A stretch of DNA of 64,000 nucleotides from Eledone cirrhosa (Eukaryota): NCBI GenBank assembly GCA_964016885.1, contig OZ024742.1, positions 369,086,001-369,150,000 of the forward strand, in the 5' to 3' direction. The notes below the pieces were generated by a model. It saw nothing but the letters and a program-made list of their open reading frames with translations, was not told the origin of the DNA and ran no database searches. Positions 11,500 to 24,310 of this stretch are shown one piece after another. The position numbers and the translations under genes are program-made. Every line of letters starts with the position of its first letter. Position 1 is the first letter of the stretch.

Positions 11500-11770
11500 T
11501 GTGTGTGTGTGTGTGTGTGTGTGCATTTGAATGTATGTGTGTGTGTGTGTGTGTGTGTGCATGTCTGTGTGTGTGCATGTCTATGTGTGTGTGCATGTCT
11601 GTGTGTGTGTGTGTGTGTCCATGTATGTGTGTGTGTGAATGTGTGTGTGTGCATGCCTGTGTGTGTGTGTGTGTGTGTGTGTGCATGCTTGTGTGTGTGT
11701 GTGTGTGTGTGTGTGCATGCCTGTGTGTGTGTGTGCATGCCTGTGTGTGTGTGTGTGTGTCTGTGTGTGT
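11500..11770. repeat. (TG)n microsatellite with CATG interruptions
   Basis: Read directly from the sequence. Confidence 0.95.
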
Positions 11771-11811
11771 GAGAGAGAGTGGGTTGGTTGAAAATACCAG
11801 CACTACCGCTC

Positions 11812-12003
11812 TAATAATTGTTTCTACTTTTGGCACAAGGCCAGTAATTACCCAGTACATTACTGGTGCTTTATTTTATCGACGCCGTAAGGATGAAAGG
11901 CAAAGCTAACCTCGGCGGGATTTGAACTCAGAATGGCAAGGGCCGTAACTCTATGCATCAAAGCATGTCATCCGACGCCTCTACCGATACTGCCAATCCA
12001 CCA
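11812..12003 (-). mobile_element. tRNA-derived SINE family A, full length
   Basis: Minus strand: TGGCAGTATCGG (A-box-like), GAGTTCAAATCC (B-box), GCCTTTCATCCTT..GTCGATAAAATAAAG..CCAG, ending GCCTTGTGCCAAAAGTAGAAACAATTATT. There are many copies in the window. Confidence 0.85.
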
Positions 12004-12186
12004 CTCTAAAAATGAGCAGCCATTCAATTTCAAGAATCTCTTCAGAAACATCTTACAGTAATCTCCTACATTTCCTGCCACTAATTTATCAAACAACAGA
12101 AATTCTATATAGTCTGCTCCCAGTAACATACACTCCAGTGTCTCTACAATAGGAATCATATTACCCTTCCATTATTTCTCAAGGAT

Positions 12187-12570
12187 GGTGGTGCATTGGC
12201 AGTATCAGTAGAGGCTCAGACGCCATACTTTCTAGCATAGAGTTACGGCCCTTGCCATTCATCATCATCATCAACGTTTAACGTCTATCTTCCACGCTAG
12301 CATGGGTTCAGTTCAAATTCCACCGAGGTTAACTTGCTTTTCATCCTTATGGAGTCGATAAAATAAAGTACCAGTAATACACTAGGGCCTATTCAATCAA
12401 CTTTCCCCTAAAACTGTTGGTCTTGTGCCTAAATCAGAAACCATTACGGTCCGAGTTCAAATCCCGCCAAGGTTAACTTTGCATTTCATCCTTACGGGAT
12501 CGATAAAATAAAGTACCAGTAATATACTGGGTAATTGCTGGCCTTGTGCCAAAAGTAGAAACAATTATTA
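12187..12570 (+). mobile_element. SINE family A interrupted by an RTE tail (12260-12310, minus), followed by a second partial copy
   Basis: Head at 12187-12260, CATCATCATCAACGTTTAACGTC insert, body at 12311-12445, second body at 12446-12570. Confidence 0.8.
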
Positions 12571-12825
12571 TATTTATAATTAAATACACAATGTGTCGGC
12601 TAATGTTGAAAATAATCAAAAATTTGAAGGATTTTAGTAAAATAGATTTTTCATTAAGTTAACGTTTAGAAAGTTATATAAAGATATATTGGAAGATTTT
12701 AATTTAGAAAGGAACCCTATAAAATGGACGATTTTATAACGGAATGAAAGGCTGTTTCATGGCAGCTGGTATTAAAATGGTTAACAAACAATAAGATAGT
12801 AAACCTGGCCTGTTGTAAGTCGGTT

Positions 12826-13040
12826 TAACTCTTTAGCATTTAAACCGGCTATATCCGGCAAGAATTCTCTCACCACTTTCTGTTCAAACCGGTTGTAATC
12901 GACATTAAATTATTGTTCTCAAAATAAAAAATATCAAAATCTCATAGATTCGACATTATGTGAGATAACTATGTTAAGTAAAGCCTTTACTGCAAAAATG
13001 TAATAGTATATATAGAGTAATGTAAATGCTAAAGGGTTAA
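12826..13040. mobile_element. piggyBac-like MITE family 1
   Basis: TTAA-CTCTTTAGCATTTA ... TAAATGCTAAAGGG-TTAA. Homologous to 36522-36705 plus 38855-39313. Confidence 0.82.
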
Positions 13041-13459
13041 GCTAAATCCTAAAAGCTTTCATCTTTATAATGGCAACCACATGAGCTGGCTAATGAGGTA
13101 TGACATATCTAGACATGTAGTACAGTCAATAATCTGAACAAGATCTTCAAGTCATGTAAATATTTAATAAGCTATACTATGTGTAACTCACGACTTGAGA
13201 ATACTGATGTTACAATTTCATCTTTTGTTTTAAATAATTCATAGGTAAATTTGAATTACTGAAGAGTTATCAAAAGTACTTTACATCAATAAATCTGCTA
13301 CTTTGATCTCAATCAGTCACTTTAAACAGTATTTAAATAATTCTAAATCTTTTGTGACCCTATCTCTATTGAAATACACTCGATTTCAATTAATAAATGA
13401 AGAATTTTGAAGGAATTACAAAAGATTATGAATTATTTCATTGCTTAGATAATAACTTG

Positions 13460-13928
13460 AAATACCCAGCCCACACTGTAAAGTGGTTGTGTAGGTGTCA
13501 TGACAAAAAGCACCCAGCCCACACTGTAAAGTGGTCGTGGAGGTGTCATGACAATAAGCACCCAGTACACGCTATAAAGTGGTCGTGGAGGTGCCATGAT
13601 AATAAGCACCCAGCCCACACTGTAAAGTGGTCGTGGAGGTGGCATGACAAAAGACACCCAGTACACACTGTAAAGTGGTCGTGGAGGTGTCACAACAAAA
13701 AGCACCCAGCCCACACTGTAAAGTGGTCGTGGAGGTGTCATGACAATAAGCACCCAGTACACACTGTAAAGTGGTTGACATTAGGAAGAGCATCCAACTG
13801 TAGAAACCTAGCCAGAATCAGTTACATATGAGCAAGACATGGTCATCTGACGTGACTTGTCTCATAATGGGACAACTTGTCTAACCGATGCTAGCGTAGA
13901 AAATGGATGTTAAACAATGATGATGATT
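13460..13928 (+). mobile_element. RTE-type 3' UTR/tail with internal 48-bp tandem repeat (~6 units)
   Basis: Unit CACCCAGCCCACACTGTAAAGTGGTCGTGGAGGTGTCATGACAATAAG, followed by AGGAAGAGCATCCA...ATGCTAGCGTAGAAAATGGATGTTAAACAATGATGATGAT. Confidence 0.8.
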
Positions 13929-14088
13929 GTAGGGATCCATTGGTTTATCTTCAGCTTCCACACCATTTAGAGGAAAATAGATAATTCTAAGAGGAGTAAT
14001 TCAAGTATCCTGTTGGAACATAACATTGCTTGTCTATATAGAAACATATCAGTGACTCTTGTAAAAAATATAACACCTGTCCTTCCAT

Positions 14089-17000
14089 TATTTCACACCT
14101 TGACCACTATATTGGTTCTGTCTAACCCATTATAGCCATACTCTGGCTATTTCACACCTTGACCACTATATTGGTTCTGTCTAACCCATAGCCATACTCT
14201 GGCTATTTCACACCTTGACCACTATATTGGTTCTGTCTAACCCATTATAGCCATACTCTGGCTATTTCACACCTTGACCACTATATTGGTTCTGTCTAAC
14301 CCATTATAGCCATACTCTGGCTATTTCACACCTTGACCACTATATTGGTTCTGTCTAACCCATTATAGCCATACTCTGGCTATTTCACACCTTGACCACT
14401 ATATTGGTTCTGTCTAACCCATTATAGCCATACTCTGGCTATTTCACACCTTGACCACTATATTGGTTCTGTCTAATCCATTATAGCCATACTCTGGCTA
14501 TTTCACACCTTGACCACTATATTGGTTCTGTCTAACCCATTATAGCCATACTCTGGCTATTTCACACCTTGACCACTATATTGGTTCTGTCTAACCCATT
14601 ATAGCCATACTCTGGCTATTTCACACCTTGACCACTATATTGGTTCTGTCTAACCCATTATAGCCATACTCTGGCTATTTCACACCTTGACCACTATATT
14701 GGTTCTGTCTAATCCATTATAGCCATACTCTGGCTATTTCACACCTTGACCACTATATTGGTTCTGTCTAACCCATAGCCATACTCTGGCTATTTCACAC
14801 CTTGACCACTATATTGGTTCTGTCTAACCCATTATAGCCATACTCTGGCTATTTCACACCTTGACCACTATATTCGTTCTGTCTAACCCATTATAGCCAT
14901 ACTCTGGCTATTTCACACCTTGACCACTATATTGGTTCTGTCTAACCCATTATAGCCATACTCTGGCTATTTCACACCTTGACCACTATATTGGTTCTGT
15001 CTAATCCATTATAGCCATACTCTGGCTATTTCACACCTTGACCACTATATTGGTTCTGTCTAATCCATTATAGCCATACTCTGGCTATTTCACACCTTGA
15101 CCACTATATTGGTTCTGTCTAACCCATTATAGCCATACTCTGGCTATTTCACACCTTGACCACTATATTGGTTCTGTCTAACCCATTATAACCATACTCT
15201 GGCTATTTCACACCTTGACCACTATATTGGTTCTGTCTAACCCATTATAGCCATACTCTGGCTATTTCACACCTTGACCACTATATTGGTTCTGTCTAAC
15301 CCATTATAGCCATACTCTGGCTATTTCACACCTTGACCACTATATTGGTTCTGTCTAATCCATTATAGCCATACTCTGGCTATTTCACACCTTGACCACT
15401 ATATTGGTTCTGTCTAATCCATTATAGCCATACTCTGGCTATTTCACACCTTGACCACTATATTGGTTCTGTCTAATCCATTATAGCCATACTCTGGCTA
15501 TTTCACACCTTGACCACTATATTGGTTCTGTCTAACCCATTATAGCCATACTCTGGCTATTTCACACCTTGACCACTATATTGGTTCTGTCTAACCCATT
15601 ATAACCATACTCTGGCTATTTCACACCTTGACCACTATATTGGTTCTGTCTAACCCATTATAGCCATACTCTGGCTATTTCACACCTTGACCACTATATT
15701 GGTTCTGTCTAACCCATTATAGCCATACTCTGGCTATTTCACACCTTGACCACTATATTGGTTCTGTCTAACCCATTATAACCATACTCTGGCTATTTCA
15801 CACCTTGACCACTATATTGGTTCTGTCTAATCCATTATAGCCATACTCTGGCTATTTCACACCTTGACCACTATATTGGTTCTGTCTAATCCATTATAGC
15901 CATACTCTGGCTATTTCACACCTTGACCACTATATTGGTTCTGTCTAATCCATTATAGCCATACTCTGGCTATTTCACACCTTGACCACTATATTGGTTC
16001 TGTCTAATCCATTATAGCCATACTCTGGCTATTTCACACCTTGACCACTATATTGGTTCTGTCTAACCCATTATAGCCATACTCTGGCTATTTCACACCT
16101 TGACCACTATATTGGTTCTGTCTAACCCATTATAGCCATACTCTGGCTATTTCACACCTTGACCACTATATTGGTTCTGTCTAATCCATTATAGCCATAC
16201 TCTGGCTATTTCACACCTTGACCACTATATTGGTTCTGTCTAATCCATTATAGCCATACTCTGGCTATTTCACACCTTGACCACTATATTGGTTCTGTCT
16301 AACCCATTATAGCCATACTCTGGCTATTTCACACCTTGACCACTATATTGGTTCTGTCTAACCCATTATAACCATACTCTGGCTATTTCACACCTTGACC
16401 ACTATATTGGTTCTGTCTAACCCATTATAGCCATACTCTGGCTATTTCACACCTTGACCACTATATTGGTTCTGTCTAACCCATTATAGCCATACTCTGG
16501 CTATTTCACACCTTGACCACTATATTGGTTCTGTCTAACCCATTATAGCCATACTCTGGCTATTTCACACCTTGACCACTATATTGGTTCTGTCTAACCC
16601 ATTATAGCCATACTCTGGCTATTTCACACCTTGACCACTATATTGGTTCTGTCTAACCCATTATAACCATACTCTGGCTATTTCACACCTTGACCACTAT
16701 ATTGGTTCTGTCTAACCCATTATAGCCATACTCTGGCTATTTCACACCTTGACCACTATATTGGTTCTGTCTAACCCATTATAGCCATACTCTGGCTATT
16801 TCACACCTTGACCACTATATTGGTTCTGTCTAACCCATTATAGCCATACTCTGGCTATTTCACACCTTGACCACTATATTGGTTCTGTCTAACCCATTAT
16901 AGCCATACTCTGGCTATTTCACACCTTGACCACTATATTGGTTCTGTCTAACCCATTATAACCATACTCTGGCTATTTCACACCTTGACCACTATATTGG

Positions 17001-17277
17001 TTCTGTCTAACCCATTATAGCCATACTCTGGCTATTTCACACCTTGACCACTATATTGGTTCTGTCTAACCCATTATAGCCATACTCTGGCTATTTCACA
17101 CCTTGACCACTATATTCGTTCTGTCTAACCCATTATAGCCATACTCTGGCTATTTCACACCTTGACCACTATATTGGTTCTGTCTAACCCATTATAGCCA
17201 TACTCTGGCTATTTCACACCTTGACCACTATATTCGTTCTGTCTAACCCATTATAGCCATACTCTGGCTATTTCACA
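14089..17277. repeat. 59-bp tandem satellite, ~54 copies
   Basis: Unit TATTTCACACCTTGACCACTATATTGGTTCTGTCTAACCCATTATAGCCATACTCTGGC, highly homogeneous. Confidence 0.97.
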
Positions 17278-17625
17278 TGTCTACCTTGAACAAATGGAAA
17301 TAACTTTACATAGAGATTTTCCAGTGTTGCAAGAGGGGAGGTGATGTCTATATTGCTGGTGACATAAAATACACCCAGTACACTCTGTAAAATGGTTGGC
17401 AAATGAACAGTGACAATGTGGTGTAAAGACTCTTTAGTCTTATTGAGGATATAACTCCTCGTCCTTGTAAGTCATGATAAACTACATCCAATGCCCTCTA
17501 AGTGATCCATGCTAGGAAAGGTAACCAGCCATAGAATCCATGTCAAATGTGACAACCCCGACACATCTAAGGCGGCAGTAACTGAATAAAAGCTGGGATT
17601 GTGACAACCCCTTCTATCCAGTCCA

Positions 17626-18092
17626 TACCTCCACCACATCTGGTCCACACCACCACCACCACATCTGTTCCACACCTCCACCACCACATCTGGTCCACAC
17701 CACCACATCTGTTCCACACCACCACCACATCTGGTCCACACCACCACCACATATGGTCCACACCACCACCACATCTGGTCCACACCACCACCACATCTGG
17801 TCCACACCACCACCACAACATCTGGTCCACACCACCACCACAACATCTGGTCCACACCACCACCACATCTGGTCCACACCACCACCACATCTGGTCAACA
17901 CCATCACCACAACATCTGGTCCACACCGCCACCACAACATCTGCTCAACACCACCACCACAACATCTGCTCAACACCACCACCACAACATCTGCTCAACA
18001 CCACCACCACAACATCTGCTCAACACCACCACCACTATATCTGGTCCACACCACCACCACCATATCTGGTCCACACCACCACATCTGGTCCA
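17626..18092. repeat. Variable ~20-29-bp minisatellite CCACATCTGGTCCACA(CCA)n
   Basis: Read directly from the sequence. Followed by a degenerate RTE-type tail at ~18107-18148. Confidence 0.9.
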
Positions 18093-18151
18093 TGCTAACA
18101 TATCTGGCCCATGCCAGCATCAAAAACAGCCATAAAATGATGATGATGGAT

Positions 18152-20225
18152 ACAATGATGCTGCTGCCAGAGATGAGGAGACAATGATGCTGCTGCCAGA
18201 GATGAGGAGACAATGATGCTGCTGCCAGAGATGAGGAGACAATGATGCTGCTGCCAGAGATGAGGAGACAATGATGCTGCTGCCAGAGATGAGGAGACAA
18301 TGATGCTGCTGTGCCAGAGATGAGGAGACAATGATGCTACTGCCAGAGATGAGGAGACAATGATGCTACTGCCAGAGATGAGGAGACAATGATGCTGCTG
18401 CCAGAGATGAGGAGACAATGATGCTGCTGCCAGAGATGAGGAGACAATGATGCTGCTGCCAGAGATGAGGAGACAATGATGCTGCTGTGCCAGAGATGAG
18501 GAGACAATGATGCTGCTGCCAGAGATGAGGAGACAATGATGCTACTGCCAGAGATGAGGAGACAATGATGCTGCTGCCAGAGATGAGGAGACAATGATGC
18601 TGCTGCCAGAGATGAGGAGACAATGATGCTGCTGCCAGAGATGAGGAGACAATGATGCTGCTGTGCCAGAGATGAGGAGACAATGATGCTGCTGCCAGAG
18701 ATGAGGAGACAATGATGCTACTGCCAGAGATGAGGAGACAATGATGCTGCTGCCAGAGATGAGGAGACAATGATGCTGCTGCCAGAGATGAGGAGACAAT
18801 GATGCTGCTGCCAGAGATGAGGAGACAATGATGCTGCTGCCAGAGATGAGGAGACAATGATGCTGCTGCCAGAGATGAGGAGACAATGATGCTGCTGCCA
18901 GAGATGAGGAGACAATGATGCTGCTGTGCCAGAGATGAGGAGACAATGATGCTGCTGCCAGAGATGGAGACAATGATGCTACTGCCAGAGATGAGGAGAC
19001 AATGATGCTGCTGCCAGAGATGAGGAGACAATGATGCTGCTGCCAGAGATGAGGAGACAATGATGCTGCTGCCAGAGATGAGGAGACAATGATGCTGCTG
19101 TGCCAGAGATGAGGAGACAATGATGCTGCTGCCAGAGATGAGGAGACAATGATGCTACTGCCAGAGATGAGGAGACAATGATGCTGCTGCCAGAGATGAG
19201 GAGACAATGATGCTGCTGCCAGAGATGAGGAGACAATGATGCTGCTGTGCCAGAGATGAGGAGACAATGATGCTGCTGCCAGAGATGAGGAGACAATGAT
19301 GCTACTGCCAGAGATGAGGAGACAATGATGCTGCTGCCAGAGATGAGGAGACAATGATGCTGCTGCCAGAGATGAGGAGACAATGATGCTGCTGCCAGAG
19401 ATGAGGAGACAATGATGCTACTGCCAGAGATGAGGAGACAATGATGCTGCTGCCAGAGATGAGGAGACAATGATGCTACTGCCAGAGATGAGGAGACAAT
19501 GATGCTGCTGCCAGAGATGAGGAGACAATGATGCTGCTGCCAGAGATGAGGAGACAATGATGCTGCTGCCAGAGATGAGGAGACAATGATGCTGCTGCCA
19601 GAGATGAGGAGACAATGATGCTGCTGTGCCAGAGATGAGGAGACAATGATGCTGCTGCCAGAGATGAGGAGACAATGATGCTACTGCCAGAGATGAGGAG
19701 ACAATGATGCTGCTGCCAGAGATGAGGAGACAATGATGCTGCTGCCAGAGATGAGGAGACAATGATGCTGCTGCCAGAGATGAGGAGACAATGATGCTGC
19801 TGCCAGAGATGAGGAGACAATGATGCTGCTGTGCCAGAGATGAGGAGACAATGATGCTGCTGCCAGAGATGAGGAGACAATGATGCTACTGCCAGAGATG
19901 AGGAGACAATGATGCTGCTGCCAGAGATGAGGAGACAATGATGCTGCTGCCAGAGATGAGGAGACAATGATGCTGCTGCCAGAGATGAGGAGACAATGAT
20001 GCTGCTGCCAGAGATGAGGAGACAATGATGCTGCTGCCAGAGATGAGGAGACAATGATGCTGCTGTGCCAGAGATGAGGAGACAATGATGCTGCTGCCAG
20101 AGATGAGGAGACAATGATGCTACTGCCAGAGATGAGGAGACAATGATGCTGCTGCCAGAGATGAGGAGACAATGATGCTGCTGCCAGAGATGAGGAGACA
20201 ATGATGCTGCTGCCAGAGATGAGGA
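18152..20225. repeat. 29-bp tandem minisatellite, ~70 copies
   Basis: Unit ACAATGATGCTGCTGCCAGAGATGAGGAG, with +TG and G>A variants. Confidence 0.97.
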
Positions 20226-20327
20226 CAACAGTGTCATATTGCCATTATTCTAAAGATCCCAACAAAGGTTTCCTGCCATTTTCATAATTAAATTAACGAT
20301 CTCACCATTTCTATCTTAATTACTGTA

Positions 20328-20550
20328 GTGGGGTGTTTTGTGGGGCGGGGGTAGCGGGGTGTTTTGTGGGGCGGGGGTAGTGGGGTGTTTTGTGGGGCGG
20401 GGGTAGTGGGGTGTTTTTTTTTGGGGGGGGGTCCTTTTTGTGGGGGGTTGGTGGGGCTGGGGGGTTGTTTTTGTGGGTGGTTTTGTGGATGGGTTTTGGG
20501 GGGGAGTTAAGTATTTCTGGTGGAGGAGTTTTGTGGGGGGTGTGGAGGGT
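20328..20550 (+). repeat. G-rich tract with short GGGGTGTTTTGTGGGGCGGGGGTAG repeats
   Basis: Many runs of 4 or more G separated by short spacers. Confidence 0.8.
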
Positions 20551-21521
20551 GGAATATATATATTCTAAAATTATTTTGACAGTGATGATGGGAAATAAAA
20601 TCCGAATGAAACAGTTTTGGGGCCGACATATTAAAGTGATATATTGAAATAGCTGATATCTTAAGAAATATATGTTAAAACAACAGCTAGCTGTGTTTGA
20701 AGTGCTTCAATGGAGAGAGTTATCTTACTGCAGCAGCTTAACACCACCAAAAACCTTACTTTCACACTTAGAATCTACAAAAAAACATCTGTTTAGATAT
20801 TTTAAACTTGTACAACACAATTTTCAATTTTTTATTGCAACTATTATCTCTGTGTTGGTGTTTGTTGTGTGTGTGTGTGGGGGGGGGGGGGGGGGTATGT
20901 GTGTGTGTGTGCATTTGTACGTATATTGGTGTGTGTGTGTTGGTGTTTATGCATGTTGTGTATGTGTGTATGTTGTATATATGTGTGGATGTGTATGTTG
21001 TGCGTGTGTGTGTGTGTGTTCCATCTACAATTGTTTTGTTGTAACAGCAAGTGTCTTTAGATGAGTTTGACATGTCTATATCAATTTCCTCATCATTTAG
21101 CATCCATTTTCCTGGCTAACATGGGTTGGACAGGTCATCACTGACTCAGCAGTTAATCTAAGCTATTGTCCCCTTAAATGAGCAGGGAACCCTTATCTCA
21201 GTTACTAGCTAGCATGGGTTAGACAGGTCATCACTGACTGACTCAGTAGTATCTTCAATGTTGCTTGATTTGTAAGGGCAACAACAAAATGTGTGTAATG
21301 TCGGAAACAACAGTAAAATAAATAGAAAAGAAGGTTCGAAAACCCTGGTTCAAGTCGCCAACAGATAGATATCTGTTAAGAGCATATTTAAATGTGTGTG
21401 TGTGTGTGTGTGTAGAACAATGGAAACAAAAGTCAGAGGTAGGTAGTTAATTAGTCCATTGTTTTACAATCGTTTAAGAGGGGTTGTTCGTGGAAAATAT
21501 ACTGACTAGCTAGGTAGTGAT

Positions 21522-21582
21522 TATGTTGCTACCTGTTTCTAGTCTCGAAATTCCTGTTCAATCGACCATCTTCAGAAACACT
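21522..21582 (-). ncRNA. Degenerate minimal type-I hammerhead-like motif (Penelope-type)
   Basis: Minus strand: CTGAAGA-TGGTCGA...TCGAGACTA-GAAA-C-AG-G-TA. Stem I pairs poorly. Confidence 0.45.
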
Positions 21583-21614
21583 AAATTATGATTTTATTTG
21601 CTATATATATATTA

Positions 21615-22578
21615 CTAGCAGTAAAGCCCGGCGTTGCTCGGGGTCGCTCAGTAGCTGTGTTAAAGTTACAATGTTAAGTTTCTTTCTTGGCTTAAAAACT
21701 GTAGTGTCTACTGTGCAGACTTGCATGTGGTGTTTTTGATTAATATTCCCTCAACCAACAATATGCCTTATGAAGTTAAGAAAACATAACGATAACCCGA
21801 ATGTTATAACAAAAGAGGATGCTGGGGATAGAAACTGCACTGGTTATTTATTAACAAAGATCGAAAATGTAAACACTGCAACGCAGAGAAAAACATTAGC
21901 GTAACCAAATTATCAGTTATGTCTGTCTGCACGCCTATATCACCTCTCTGCACGACTGTCTGTCTGCACGCCTATATCACCTCTCTGCACGACTGTCTGT
22001 CTGCACGCCTATATCACCTCTCTGCACGACTGTCTGTCTGCACGCGTATATCACCTCTCTGCACGACTGTCTGTCTGCACGACTGTCTGTCTGCACGACT
22101 GTCTGTCTGCACGCCTAACGACGAAATATTTGCTTGTTTTACGTAGTCTTTAAATAGACTTGTTTTCAAGTAAAAATATTGTTTTAAAATGCTTTTAAAT
22201 GGAAATGAAGCAAAACGGAAGCTTAGTGTTCGAACTGATGAATTTTGCAGGTCAATATTTTGCTGGCTCGACAACTGTTCGTGTATTGTCTTAATGTCAT
22301 TTTAAACGCTGAGAAAGCCAGCGTAATTTTTTACGTAAGACGCTCAATGTAAACAGAACAAAGGGAAATAACTGATAACTTACGCTCAAAAATCGATACA
22401 TTATATTCGATTTCGTCACATAGGGTGGGTCAATTTGAAATATTTTTTTTCCGATGTCTTCGCTAGGGCTCAATGTACAAGTATAGCAATTTCGGTGCAA
22501 TTCCGTCAGAGATTCTAAGAGGAGATGTGTGCCAAAAATCGATAGACAGACAGACAACCACAGTTTTATATATATAGA
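21615..22578 (-). mobile_element. Non-autonomous Helitron (Lep1/DINE-1-like architecture)
   Basis: Minus strand starts A|TCTATATATATAAAACTGTGGTTGTCTGTCTGTC and ends with the hairpin CCCGAGCAACGCCGGG then CTTTACTG-CTAG|T. There is an internal 37-bp tandem repeat at ~21920-22115. Confidence 0.85.
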
Positions 22579-22641
22579 TTGGCTCCACCACAAACAGGTG
22601 GAAACCTATTTTTATGTTTATATATATATCATATATATATA

Positions 22642-23153
22642 AATTCCGACCTTACACACTTGCACCTCTCTAAGACAATGTCTCTGGACCGAGATCTTTG
22701 GCGCTATGCAGTAATACAGAAGACCCGCCTTGCCTATGTACAAAGCGAAACCTAGTCAGTAGGCACCTCTTAACCAAATATACACACCAATCCACTACCC
22801 CTACCCTATCCTCCCACTCCCACCAACACCACCCTCTCTCTATAAAGTTGGTACCACAACATGCAGTCCAAATAAATGAGATAAATGAGATCGAGATCGT
22901 GTAGGTGTCACAACAAAAAAACACAGTCCACGCTGTAATGTGGCCGTGTAGGTAACATGGTAAAAAGTTCCCAGTTCCACACTGTAAATGTGGTTGGTGT
23001 TAGGAAGGGCATCCAGCCGTAGAAAACCTGCCAGATAGTCCTATATGAGCGAGACACGGTCACCCGACCAACCTTGCCTCAAGTGGGACAACTCCCGTCT
23101 AACCCATGCTAGCGTGGAAAATGGACGTTAAACGAAGATGATGATGATGATGA
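22642..23153 (+). mobile_element. RTE 3' fragment, same subfamily as the 5072 copy
   Basis: ORF end (NSDLTHLHLSKTMSLDRDLWRY) plus 3' UTR and (GAT)n tail, flanked by TA runs. Confidence 0.9.
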
Positions 23154-23479
23154 TATATATATTTTTTTAAGCATAACTTTTCTGAAGACATAGGAACTTT
23201 CCAAACCAAACTAAATAGAGAGCATATAAGCCCACCCCTCTCAACAAATGAGAAGCCTAAATCGACAAACCTTCTCAAGGACTAAGGTAAACAATCTCTC
23301 CACTTTTACTTATTCTCCAGTAGGCATGGCAACAATCAGGGTAGCAAGTATAAACATTGATAAGTTGTGGTCAGTTTGGAAGAAAGATCATTTACTGAAT
23401 GACCTCAGGTTACAGGAGAGGTGACCATAGTCCAAGAAGAGTCCAACACCCACATTGAATGGTTTCACCTAAGCTCCAT

Positions 23480-24310
23480 TTATCCGGGATGGAAGTGGTA
23501 TCAAAACTAGCAGGTATAGGATCAATTAACTGGAACTTGCTGATGATGTTGTAATAATTAACTTGTCTAAAGATGATTTCTGACAAGCAGTGGATAGGTT
23601 TGCTGTAGAATGCTGCCAAGTAGGGATGAAAATCAGTGTTGCAAAGACTAAGACATTCCTCTTGTCAAAAGCTCCTGTGGTGTGCACCTTACATGTGAGT
23701 GGGGTAACACTGAAGCAGGTGGAGAAGTTCAAGAATCTCAAAGCTGTTTTCATGACTGATAAAATGCAGGAGACTGAATTAAATATAAGAATTGCTGGAG
23801 TTGGTGCAATAATGTTCCAACTTCAACAGTCATCAGAAGCAGGGTTGGTGTAAAAGACAAATTCACTCTCTCCACACATGACCTTGCCTTTGATTATGAA
23901 TCTTGGGTAATAATAGAAAGAAAATGATTGCAAATACAAGCAACCAAAATAGCGTTCCTTCAAAGGGTCTCTGGAGTAAAGTAACTTGACAGGCTTATCA
24001 AGGAGAGGTTCCAAGTAGAACCTCTACTTCTCCACATTGAGAGACCACAACCCTGCTACTACAGTCAGCTTGTTAGAATATCTAAGGAAAGAATTGCTGG
24101 ATAGATTTTATAGGCAAAATGAACCGGCAAGAGACCAAGAGGCAGGCTACACGCAAGATGGTTGGATAACAGATCAGCTGATCTCTCTTAGGGACCCAGC
24201 AAAATCATTTGGAGACACTGCTTCTGATAAAACTCTCTGGAAAGCAAAAGAAAAGTGAAAAAGGAGAAGAGCAGGGATGGAGGAAAAAGAGGGCAGATGA
24301 TAATGATGAG
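23480..24310 (+). mobile_element. Old degraded RTE-clade LINE of a different family, without the PHD insertion
   Basis: DRFAVECCQVGMKISVAKTKTFLLSKAPVVCTLHVSGVTLKQVEKFKNL...ELNIRIA. A related remnant lies at ~35715-36140. Confidence 0.7.

Noticed and set aside
14089-20225. CRISPR-like appearance of the 59-bp and 29-bp arrays
   Set aside because: Head-to-tail repeats with no unique spacers, no cas genes, and a eukaryotic context.
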